64,000 nucleotides of DNA, from IMG/VR virus record IMGVR_UViG_3300021400_000154, positions 46,615 through 110,614 of that record; one strand, given 5' to 3'. The stretch is from a virus. Lineage: Duplodnaviria; Caudoviricetes. Below, piece after piece: positions 37,261 to 47,476 of this stretch. Below the pieces are notes generated by a model. That model made no database searches, had not been told where the DNA came from, and saw nothing but the letters and a program-made list of their open reading frames with translations. Made by a program: the position numbers and the translations under genes. Every line of letters starts with the position of its first letter. Positions within the stretch are counted from its first letter, which is position 1.

Positions 37261-40200
37261 TCAGTTCACCTCCTCTGGCGGTTCTGGCAGTGGCATCCAA
37301 TGGGTAACTGGTGTCGTTGGATAGATAGTACCGGAATCTTCGGAATGCCAGAATGTTCCGTCGAAATAGCCTCTTTTTGCCCTGAACCAGTCTCCGTGGC
37401 AGTTCTTTCCTATGAACAATACCGTCTCGATCTGCATAGGCATTTCGTCCTTCACGCTGATCCATCCGCCAACGGTAGGCATTCCGTCAATAAGGTTCTT
37501 AATGTACTTTTTGGTGTACATCCCCGGATACTCCCCAACAAATACGCCCTTCAGCGCATCCGCATCAATCGGTCGCATCCCCGCTCACCTCACTCCCTGT
37601 AATCGTTGTAAATCTCAACCTCCCAGTCACATCCGAGCCGTTCAAGATCATTCTTGCAGTAAGACCGTGCCGCCACCGTTACAACAAAGTCTGGCTGGTC
37701 AAACTCTTTCGACAGGGATAGCAGACACTGTTCCAAATTATCGTACTCCCTGACCTCGAAAAGGGGTCCTCTTGTCATGCTGACACGAACCTTCATTCCT
37801 GCACCTCCTCCGGCGGTTCCGGTAGCGGCATCCAAAACAACGGCGTGTACCCAAGGAATCTCATTGCCTTAAATGAATCAAGCGCAATCTCCCTGTATTT
37901 TGCCCCGCTTCTGCCCGTCCATTCATAGACAATCAGTACTTGTTCGTCTAAGTCCGGCATCCGTTCCTTGACGCTGATCCAGCCGGGCACCTCTACGGTC
38001 GGAGCATTCATGATTGCTCTTAATGGCCTATTGTGGTCAATCGTGCCTTCAAGAATGTTGTCATATGGCATATATCTGAGTTCCTCATATAGCGCATCCG
38101 CATCAATCAGTCGCATCCCAGCTCACCTCCTTCGGCGGTTCGGGCAACGGCATCCAATGGGTAACATCAAAGTCGCAGTACCCTTCGTAGTCGTCCGTCC
38201 ATTCGCTCTGCGCCCTGCCTTTTTCGTAATACACGGATGACACGCATGTCCTGTCATAGTACGCAAGGTACACTCCGTTCTTCTCTGGTAGCCTGTCTTC
38301 AACGCTAATCCAGTCACCAACGGTAGGGGTAGAATCTATGTCATCCATAATACGATGCCACATATTAAACGCTACAACTTCTTCAGGTGAATCCGTCCAG
38401 TTTTCCGGGCATTCACCAATGATTTCTTTAAGTGTATCTGCATCAATCAGTCGCATCCATGATCACCTCCTCCGGCGGTTCAGGGAGCGGGCACCAACAA
38501 ATGACACGATCAGGTACCCATACGATACCGATCTTATCGTGCCACAGTTTATACTGCCGATCATACGTTCCGGTTGTTACATATTTTGTCCCGTCACCCG
38601 CGAGAATGCATATGATGTAATCCTTTGCGTCGTCTGGCAGCATGTCTTCAACATTGATCCAGCGCGGAGCATTCATTCCGATAGCCATCCATTCCGTGAT
38701 AGATTTACCGCCCATGAAGGGCTCGTTCAACGCCTCTTTAACACCGGACTTGATTATAGTTTCGAGGTTAAATTCAGCCATGCCACTTTACCGCCTTTCC
38801 ACACCATGGGCAGAAGTTGTACATTACGCCGTAGCTCATGATTTTGTGACAGTTCCCGCAAATGAGTGCCTGTATCGTTTGTTCTTCTCCGATTCCTGTA
38901 CGCACAACAGTTTCCGGCCTGACAGGTTCCTGTTCTCTCAGCAGGGTAATGGCAGATTCAATGGCTTCCTCAACTTCTGACAATGTTACGTTGTCCATGT
39001 CTCCATATCCAACTCTCGTCAGAGCTTTGTTCAACGATTCGATTACTTTTGCTCTCTCAGGCATCGCCGTTCACCTCTACATCTGTGTACCACTTGTAAC
39101 CATCAGGACCACGAGGAATATCAGCCCAGAACAACGGGTCGCCAACCATCACATTGCCAGATATGGTGCTCCACCAAGCGCCACATACTAGTGCGCCCAT
39201 GTCCGGCACAAGAACATCTTTTGTCTTTAGCAAGACAAGGACTTCTACGCCGTCCTTGGGCAAGCGCTCCTCAACGCTTATCCAGAAATCTGGTTTTACT
39301 GTCTCCTGCTCCTGGAGCAAGGCGAGGGCATCCAACATAACGGCATCTGTGCAATAATCGTTGCCCTGATAAGGACATTTCTGGCATTCCTCAACAGGCG
39401 TACTGTCTGTGCAAACTGTCAAACCACGGATAACAGCCTCACGATCAGGCATCCCTGCAACCTCCTCGTATCTGTTGCCTGTGTACTTCAGCAAGGCAAT
39501 CGCGTCATCGTAAATCGGGCAGTAGCCTTCAGGTGTATCAGCGTCTCTCGCATACGGACACCCGTTGCATACTGCCGTTTCTTTGTGGTGCTCAAGGGCT
39601 TTTAGCACCTTTTCTCTGTCAGGCATTCCGCTCATCCTCCACAGTGAAGTATTTGTCTGTGCGGTTCTTCGATAAGCACTCAGGGCACTCTGCATAGCAG
39701 GATGCGATTTTACTTCCTCTCGGTCCGCCATGATTGTCGAAAATGTTTACGCTGATTTCTGTTGTCTCGTACACGCATCCGCACTCACACCTGAACCGGA
39801 CTGGGTTGCAGAAGAATACACCGTGCTTGATGATTCTGGTCTGTCCATCCCAATTTTCATTCATCCACACTCACCTCATCAGGCCATTCTTTTCTCCGCT
39901 CCGTCTCGCTCAAAAGCATCTCTCGTCCGCAGTTTGGACAGTATAGGTATGTCGCTATCCCAACCATGCCGTTACACCCAGAACAGCGGAAATGATGCGG
40001 CCTGTCCCAGATCCACTGTGCAGTCTGTCCGTTCAGCAGTTCAACTGCGCCCCATAACACCTGTTTCCACTCATCGCTGAATGCTCCGTAGGCAGCCAGA
40101 AAGTTCAGTCGCTGTATGATTTTTCCACGGTCAGGCATCCCAATCCACCTTTCTTCCACATCCGGGACAATATTTGTAATATTCTGCAAGAGGTTTTTCG

Positions 40201-43200
40201 AGGTAGTATCTGACTTCACTTACAAACTCTGTGCCGCAATTCGAGCATTTTAAGTCTGGGAAGCCATGTTCCGGCTTCACGGACTCATGCTCTTTTAGCA
40301 AGGCGAGAGCATCGGTACACAGAGAACCAATGCCAGCTTCGCGCCCGAAATCACCGCACTCGTTGCTATACGGACACCCAGCACAGCCGCGCTTTTCGTT
40401 GAATCCACAATGCTCAAGCCCTTGGATTACTTTCTCCAGGTCGGGCATCAATACCATCTCCTCCACAGCCATTCGCCTATCGACAGGCCAATCATGATTC
40501 CGAGGACGATGCCAGCACCGACCAGGGCGAGTCCCCCAAGCCATTCATTCGTCACAGCTCGTCTCCTCCTCAATGCTGAAACGTCAAGATAAGCACACCA
40601 AGTATCATTCCACAAATTAGTCCGAAGAGGAAGAACCCCGATCTCTCATCCATCCCACTTCACCTCACTTCGTAATCTCAATGCTGGCGTATCCGACATA
40701 TCCAGATACAAGCCACACCTTCTGGCCCTTCTTAATGAAAGGACATTTGCGCACAAAACGCATAGCTGCCTTTAGCGACCTGAAATGTCTGATACGTCTG
40801 TATGGCCTCCTACCCATGCGGCTCGGAGGCTCCATAATCGTCAGGTTTGTGCTCCAAAAGTTGCAAGGCGGCGATTCGCCGTACTCACCATATCCAAGCA
40901 GTTCATAATCTTTCGTATAACTGAACCACTGTAGACTGTCGGCATCAATCCATGCTCTTCTGCTGGTTGTCCATTTCTTGCCTCTACCGTATCGATAAGT
41001 CGTTTTTACTCATCTCCTCTCTTGTAATCAGTCATCCCATTTAACCGCCCTTCCACACCACGGACAGTAGTTCCACCGTTCTATCTCGTATGTTTCACCC
41101 CACAACTTACCGCACGCTCCGCACTTATAACAATCATACCAAGCCCACTCTTCTACGGGCTCAACAGGCTCCTGCTCTTTTAGTAAGTCCAGAGCACTTC
41201 GTGCAATCTCCTGCACCTCGCCGTCAGAGTGGTACTGCCGCCAATCATCCTGTGCTAGCCCCTCCAGCCAACTCATTACACTAACTCGATCAGCCATCCC
41301 ACTTCACCTCCGTCCCACAGTGCCCGCAGTAGTGCGGGTGATCTTCCGGATACAGCGGCCATTTGCAGATCTGACAAATAGCTCCGGGATCACGAACACG
41401 GATAGTATGCCCGTGCGCCTTCATGTATTCGATAGCGAACTCGATTGCGTCGAGAGCAGCAGTTTCTTCGCCACCGCACACGTCAAAGAATCCACGCTCA
41501 AGAATTCTAATGGCCTCATTCCTTGTCATTGATTTTACCTCTCTCTACCCAGTCTCCGATCTCGGCACTGTTGTATTGTTCTGCCGAGACCATCCACTTG
41601 TCTTTCTTGTCGTCCAGTGTCACGATGAAGATGTATGACTCTTCATGATGGTAGCGGCGACGCATCGGGATGACCGCTTTCCCGGCGCGAATCATGACGG
41701 TCGTGGTACCCGTTCGTGCCGGGACGTACTGCTTCTCTGCCAGCCACCCGGCATCCAGATGATTGTGGATCGTCATGTAGACACCGTATGCCGCCACTGC
41801 TACGACGACAATGCACAGCAGCGCAATCACAGAAGCGCCGATCACATCGCCCCAGTCGCGATCATAAGTTCTCTTGCTTTTAGTCCTCATGCTCCATCAC
41901 CTTTCGAGACAAATAGTCGATCCGGTTCTTGAGATCCTTCACTTCCATGAACAATCCCCATACCTTGGAGACACACCAGACTGCCATGCCACACAAAGAC
42001 AAAGCGCCGATCACGGCAAGCAAGGTCATGGTGGCTTGGGCGAGTGCATTAACATTCATTTGCTGGCTCCTCCATATTAGATTCCGAAAAAGACTTTATT
42101 GTTGTGCTGAAGCAGGATGGTCTCTACTTGCTTGATGACATCCTGGAGTTTCTCCACATCCTGCTCCGAGAACTCAGAGGGCTTTTTGCGATGAACAAGC
42201 TTGTCGATTTCGATGTCTCCCAGGATTTTAAGAACCTGGTCAGAGTATGATGTGATCTTGTCCAGAAGGTCATCTATCTTCTGAAGGTATGACTTAGCCA
42301 TTCGTTTCTTCCTCCTCAGGTATTTCAGGGATCTCTGTCCAGTACAACACATACGGCACCCAGTACCATCTGCCGTCTTTCCACAAACAGAGCTGCCGGT
42401 GTTTCACCCCGTTGATCAGCGTGACGCACAGATACTGCCATTCCTTATCGGGCAGTCTGTCCTTGACACGAATCCAGTCCATTGTTTTACCTCCCGTCAT
42501 CCTCTTCGGTGACAAGTTCTTCCAGCACTTCAATCATGTCGTTCTCGACAGCGAAAGATCTCTCGCTGCACACACCATCGTAGGGGCAGCCGTCGCAGTC
42601 TTCGTCGCTGATGCACTTCTTCAACGCAGTAAGCAGATTATTAATGTTAACCATAGTTACACCTCCATAGTTTTATCTTCAGACATTCGGCAAGTCTTTA
42701 TCTTTTTTGCCGATAAGCAGCTGATAAGCATCTTCCAAGATGTCATCGAAACAGTCGCGCGGCGAATCGGCATATGGGCATCCAATCAATTTACAACTTC
42801 CCGTATTAACAGGACAGCCGTTGCCTTTATCGCTGTTGTGCCAGAGCGTTAAACCACGCAGGACTTTTTCCTCCAGCGTCAAGGGCTTCTTCAGGATCTC
42901 AGGGGCCTCTGTCCAATAAGCGATTGCGCGCATGCTCAGCTTAGGCTGGCATTCGCAGAAGAAATATCGCGCAACCGCATCATAAACAGCAGAAACAATG
43001 CTATCTTTTCCTTCGTCATCAATAAGATAAACAAGATAACGTCCTGACTTCTCAGGGAGGCGATCATTCGAGTCAATCCAATCCATGTTGTCCTCCTTAA
43101 TCCTGGGTATCGTCAGGAGCGCCCCATTCCTTCTCGCCTTTGAGATAAATATCGAACGCAGAAGGAGTGATCTTACCGAAGACGCTCCACGATCCGAAAT

Positions 43201-43679
43201 CGAAATAGGTTCCATCGTCTGCGTCCCAGAATCTTATGTATGACGGTTCCTTTCCGGTTGTTTCTTTTGCGAGCTTCCTGATCTCGTCCCCGATCTCTCT
43301 CGCTGTCGGCTCATAATCCCATGTTTTCGTCAGGTATGAGCCATCTTCGCAGCGGTAAAACTGATACTTTGCCATAGAATCCTCCTTAAATCTTGACGCG
43401 ATTATTAAAAGCGCCCTCTCGTTCCAGATACTCCTGACGAAGCAGCAACGTATCTCCAGAAGGCGTTTTTACTTTGATTGTGTTGTAGTGGAACCAGTGC
43501 GATCCTGCGGCGTTCACGTGATGCCAGATGTATTCCACGTTGTGCCACATCTTCAGGATCCTGAATGGGCCTATCGTAGGCGAAAAGAAGTCGCGTATAT
43601 ACAGAAGCTGGTTGTCCCGTATTCGCCTGCGGTAGTGAAGTTTCATTGGGTTGATCTCATTGAGCCTTGAAGGAATCAT
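37261..43679 (-). other. Array of ~20 small coupled genes built from DUF551-like and Zn-ribbon modules
   Basis: WISVxxRLP...HWMPLPEPP genes: 37261-37578, 37793-38116, 38103-38456, 38443-38781, 42294-42482, 42679-43086. MPDREKV...CPY...DALALLKEQE / CPxCG genes: 38774-39064, 39057-39626, 39857-40138, 40131-40448, 41028-41297, 41290-41529. Several unrelated hypotheticals are interspersed. Confidence 0.75.
40665..41013 (-). pseudogene. Small gene with a one-base frameshift in an A5 run just after the start
   Basis: RBS-ATG at 41013 is one base out of frame with a ~113-codon open frame ending TGA at 40665 (349 nt in total). Confidence 0.5.
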
Positions 43680-43697
43680 TTCAGCACCTCCATAAAG

Positions 43698-44056
43698 TGT
43701 CGGCGACGGGATTCGAACCCGTAGCGTTTCTAATGTGACGGATTTTCCTGCTACTCTATGTTGCCATAGCCGCTTGCGCGTTGTAGTCTGGACTATGTCT
43801 TCACCATGTCTTTCGATTTAGGTGGCTGGTGTATAGTCTCTACGCATTTATAAACGATTGGCGGTGACCCCTTAACTGCTCACGCTTTAATCACGCCACA
43901 ATCACAAATAGGAGCTTAGCGGAACCAATCGTTTAACTTAGTTCGGCGTTATCCCATAAGGATTTTCGCCGAATTAGCCAGCATTCACTCAGGCGATTTC
44001 TCTTCCTGGTGCTCATTTAAAAGTCCGTTGTGTCTCGCCAGTTGCACCACGCCGAC
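43698..44056 (-). tRNA. trnL: tRNA-Leu(UAA), split by an intron (exons 44056-44021 and 43746-43698)
   Basis: Spliced cloverleaf: acceptor GUCGGCG/CGCCGAC, anticodon arm ACGGA-CU UAA AA-UCCGU, long variable region, T arm ACGGG-UUCGAAU-CCCGU, A73. Confidence 0.9.
43747..44020 (-). ncRNA. Group I self-splicing intron (274 nt, no ORF)
   Basis: P1 CUU/GAG pairing with a U.G splice site, AAUUCGGCGAAA / AACGCCGAAC (P4), GUAGAGACU and AAGACAUAGUCC (P7 R/S elements), terminal G. Confidence 0.88.
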
Positions 44057-44160
44057 AAAAAAAGGCTTATGCGAATTATCTACCCTATCGGGTATAAACG
44101 TTTTACCAACACCTTAAATCTTCCTTATCGGGTATAACGCTTTCGCATAAGCCTATATCA

Positions 44161-44382
44161 TTAGATCGGGTACGCCTGCTTATCTTCTGTTTCTGCGTAC
44201 ACTACTTCCCATCCGTTTCGTCCAGCCAAAGCGTCAGCATAGTATTTGTCTATTCTGACCTGAGGCACGTTTGTTTTCAGCGACATCTTGCCGTCCATCT
44301 TGTTCTGGACAGCCAGTCGTCTTTCTTGCACATTCAGATAGCATTCTTCTTCTGATGTGTCTCTGTGAAGGAAAACCTGCAA
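44161..44382 (-). CDS. Small hypothetical protein
   Basis: 3' part of track ORF 44161-44490, after an AAGGAG RBS. The 5' part of that ORF overlaps a tRNA. Confidence 0.4.
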   Translation of the reverse strand: MQVFLHRDTSEEECYLNVQERRLAVQNKMDGKMSLKTNVPQVRIDKYYADALAGRNGWEVVYAETEDKQAYPI

Positions 44383-44403
44383 CCGATCATCTCCTTTTAA
44401 GTT

Positions 44404-44488
44404 CGCGGAGTACAGGATTTGAACCTGTGGTATGTCGCCATACGACGGTTTTAGAGACCGCTGCAATAAACCACTCTGCCAACTCCGC
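44404..44488 (-). tRNA. Amber suppressor tRNA (anticodon CUA) with a tRNA-Ser-type body
   Basis: GCGGAGU/ACUCCGC acceptor, G73, GCGGU-CU CUA AA-ACCGU, 5-bp variable arm GUAUG-GCGA-CAUAC, T arm ACAGG-UUCAAAU-CCUGU. Confidence 0.92.
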
Positions 44489-44491
44489 ACA

Positions 44492-44576
44492 CGCGGCGTG
44501 GAGGATTCGAACCTCCGGAATCTTTCGATTCGACGATTTTCAAGACCGTAGCCTTCAGCCTCTCGGCCAACGCCGC
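44492..44576 (-). tRNA. trnS: tRNA-Ser(UGA)
   Basis: Cloverleaf with CU UGA AA loop, long variable arm and G73. Confidence 0.93.
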
Positions 44577-44580
44577 ATAG

Positions 44581-44654
44581 TCGAGGCGACAGGATTTGAA
44601 CCTGCGGCCCTCTGCTCCCAAAGCAGATGCGCTACCAAACTGCGCTACGCCTCG
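44581..44654 (-). tRNA. trnP: tRNA-Pro(UGG)
   Basis: Cloverleaf; UCUGC-UU UGG GA-GCAGA; C1-G72; A73. Confidence 0.93.
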
Positions 44655-44655
44655 T

Positions 44656-45030
44656 TTAATACCATTTACACGAGCAATCTTTGATATTTGTTATTTCGAA
44701 AGTGAATTCTTTGATGAACATATCTTTTCGAAACACCTTATGCCTCTCATTGCCAATGTAAAATATGCAGTAGTCGTATGTATACCAACCACCGCTTCCA
44801 TCGCATACTTGAAAAAAGCTACTTGCTTTCCATTCCGCATCTGACAACGAAGAATGAAACATTACATCTCCATTCGCAATGTCAGTTTCTCTATAAAGAG
44901 AAACTCCCGCTCTTCCATATACAAACTCGGACGGATCACACACAACATTTTCTTTTTCCCCTTTGCTGCGATTCCATCCTACAGCATAAAGCTTATTGTC
45001 CACATTGGCCACAATGACATACAGTTTCAT
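44656..45030 (-). CDS. Hypothetical AT-rich protein inside the tRNA cluster
   Basis: AAGGAG RBS; 124-aa ORF. Confidence 0.55.
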   Translation of the reverse strand: MKLYVIVANVDNKLYAVGWNRSKGEKENVVCDPSEFVYGRAGVSLYRETDIANGDVMFHSSLSDAEWKASSFFQVCDGSGGWYTYDYCIFYIGNERHKVFRKDMFIKEFTFEITNIKDCSCKWY

Positions 45031-45062
45031 AAAGCTCTCCTTCCTTTTGTCGCAAGCAAATA

Positions 45063-45135
45063 AGCCAGATCTGGGATTCGAACCCAGGTTTAAGCTTTAC
45101 AAGAGCCTCGTTCTGACCAGCTGAACTAATCTGGC
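45063..45135 (-). tRNA. trnT: tRNA-Thr(UGU)
   Basis: Cloverleaf with CU UGU AA loop. Confidence 0.9.
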
Positions 45136-45143
45136 GATTGTTG

Positions 45144-45446
45144 TCACTCATTTTCTCTATTAACTTTATAGAGTTTTTCTCTTGCTTTTCTGGCTGTCTC
45201 TGCTCTCCTGAGTCTTTCTTCATCCGACAAATGACGCTTCTTTTTAGGCCTTAAACTCAGATAGTTTATAGGAAGTGTCGCATAGATGCATCCCTGGTTG
45301 GACTCAGGCTCTGCGATAATCCGCACCTCGTCCGGGTGTTCCTGCTGCCACTTGCGGATGTTGTTAATAATACGTTTTTCTGTAGAGGAAACGTACATCA
45401 CTTCGCCCTTGATATAGTTGCAGCATGTCTCGATCAACTCGCTCAT
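45144..45446 (-). CDS. Hypothetical protein
   Basis: AAAGGA RBS; 100-aa ORF with a basic C-terminus. Confidence 0.65.
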   Translation of the reverse strand: MSELIETCCNYIKGEVMYVSSTEKRIINNIRKWQQEHPDEVRIIAEPESNQGCIYATLPINYLSLRPKKKRHLSDEERLRRAETARKAREKLYKVNRENE

Positions 45447-45471
45447 TCGCGTCGTCCTTTCTAATAAGTTA

Positions 45472-46068
45472 TCAGAAAATCAGAGGTCCTCTGATCAGCA
45501 AGCATTGCAGCCTTCGCCATACTTCCAATACCCTTCACACATGTTCGGTCACCGTGAAACCAGAGGCTGAGCCACAGGTAGCGACCCTGTAACTTCTCTG
45601 GCCTACCCAAAGGGACAAGCACGGAGGCGATTGACTACGCCTAAGTTTCAGCCAAACCATTCAGCAATAATCATATTATTATTAGTTAATGTCGCGTTGG
45701 CCTACTCCTACCCCAAACCTTACTCACAGGACATTTCTGCCCCTCCCGACACCGGTCGCGTCTTGGTGGCATTTCCAGAGTACCGACAGTCGCCAGCTAA
45801 CGTCTTTTCTGGATTCGTGGGCTGGTTGGGCCCCTTCTATTGTGACGCCGTAAGGAATGGTACCTTTGTGTGCGAATACGAAAGCGCGCAACCTTATCAT
45901 TGGGCTTTGCTTTCAACCCTATCGCTGGCAGTTACCTGCTTCGCGTCCCCTCTTGCGAAAGTATCCCATCGCGAGAGACTGGATGATGTACGGTCGCCCC
46001 AAGCAGTGTGGTTGGCACCTCTGCACTTGGGTCAATGCTTGCTGATCAGAAGACCTCTGATCTTTTGA
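45472..46068 (-). ncRNA. Large structured ncRNA (~600 nt), ROOL-like candidate
   Basis: ~36-bp terminal stem (45472-45507 with 46033-46068) in which two mismatches become G.U pairs on the - strand. Many internal hairpins, no credible ORF, located in the tRNA cluster. Confidence 0.6.
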
Positions 46069-46466
46069 ATGAAAGATGTCACGGATATTGTACACTATCC
46101 GTGACAAGATACGTCCCGAACGTTTCTTACCCTGATCGCAGGCTTGTTTTACAGGACGCACAGCCCCGAGGTAGGCATTACAACTTGCGCTAAGTTGCAA
46201 GAGGCCCCGGCAGCTTGATTCGGCGAGGTACATCCCCGCCCAATAGAGGGACCCAGCGCGTTTCACGCAGCCCAAACGGCAGTTATTATGGCATACTGGC
46301 CCATGGCTCTCTTGTAGACCGACGCAGAATCCAGTCGTAACCGGATTCATTGGAGAGCAAACACGGTCATATGACTAACAGGATTTTGTTTGCAGGGTCG
46401 CACGTCTGCGTTGCCTGCGCCTTGAGTATTAAGTCCAATAAGGCTTCAGGACTCCTGTTAGGCAAG

Positions 46467-46537
46467 AGCGCGATACCGGATTTGAACCGGTGACATCTGA
46501 GTGGAAGTCAGAAGTGTTGCCACTACACTAATCGCGC
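46467..46537 (-). tRNA. trnG: tRNA-Gly(UCC)
   Basis: Cloverleaf; UCUGA-CU UCC AC-UCAGA; U73. Confidence 0.92.
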
Positions 46538-47299
46538 AGAAGCCGCTGGTTGCGGCTTGTCGTCAAAGTAATGTATATCTGCGAGGATTTCGTCTATGCG
46601 CTTTTCTACATCCTCGTCATATCGGATTTCGTAAAGCGGAATATTGTGTTCTTTGCAGTAGTCACGTTTGAGCTGATCTGTTTCTTCGCGTTGTTGTTTG
46701 CCAAAATCACCGCGATCTTTATAATGTTGTACTCCTTGATATTCTATCAAACACAGCGTTTCTTTGTTTTTGTTTTGCAATGCAAAATCAAACTTAAGCA
46801 TATAACCGTATTTGCTTTTCAGATCGCTAAACTTATATTGCGTAGAGAATTCTATGGATTTTTGAAGCAGTATTTTTCTTGTTGTTTCTTCGCCTATAGA
46901 AATGATGCATCCACAGCTAGTAGTGCTCCCATCTCGCAAATGATGACTACTTACTATTGTCTCATTTCCGCAATCACATTTGCATCTCCATGTTACGCAT
47001 CCATTTTTATTCCTCCCGGAGCATTTACCAATAACCAACAAGTGTCCAAATCTTTTCCCCATTATATTTTTTACTTTTATTTTGCGACTTAATTCTGATG
47101 CTTTTTGTCTGCGGTAGCACCCACAACTTTTTGTATCGCCTCTCAAAAGACTGGGCGATCTTACAGTAATTGTATTTCCACAAGAACATTCGCATATCCA
47201 CATCACGTCCTTGTTTCTTTTACTCAAATCTCGTTTTATAACTGTTAGACGTCCAAACGTCATTCCAGTTAAATCTTTCAAAGGCGGCAAAAAAATCAT
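46508..47299 (-). CDS. Free-standing homing endonuclease-like protein
   Basis: Two DLTG..FGRLTV...WxCxCxCGN...TKSCGC repeats plus a C-terminal SIGE...FDF...IEYQG.QHY...D..K..YC nuclease domain. AT-rich. Ends at 46523 if TAG stops, or 46508 if it is read through. Confidence 0.75.
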
Positions 47300-47312
47300 C
47301 TCCTTATTACAG

Positions 47313-47384
47313 CTGGGGACAGTGGAGTCGAACCACTACTGTTTGAGTCAAAGTCAAATGTACTTGCCGTTATACGAGTCCCCA
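47313..47384 (-). tRNA. trnQ: tRNA-Gln(UUG)
   Basis: U1-A72; UUUGA-CU UUG AC-UCAAA; G73. Confidence 0.92.
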
Positions 47385-47388
47385 TCAG

Positions 47389-47462
47389 TTGCCCTGCTGG
47401 GACTTGAACCCAGAACACACGGCTTATAAGGCCGCCGCTCTAACCGATTGAGCTACAAGGCA
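47389..47462 (-). tRNA. trnI: tRNA-Ile(UAU)
   Basis: Cloverleaf; GCGGC-CU UAU AA-GCCGU; A73. Confidence 0.85.
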
Positions 47463-47476
47463 GTAGTGTGGTATGG

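Noticed and set aside
44404-44488. Pyrrolysine tRNA, or a Tyr-derived suppressor
   Set aside because: It has a long variable arm, a normal 5-bp anticodon stem and a canonical D-loop GG, unlike tRNA-Pyl, and no pyl genes are visible. G73 and an arm geometry identical to the adjacent tRNA-Ser argue against Tyr.
45631-46350. Track ORFs 45631-46068 (+), 45857-46045 (+) and 45919-46350 (-) as proteins
   Set aside because: No clear RBS, implausible composition, and they overlap a strongly base-paired region.
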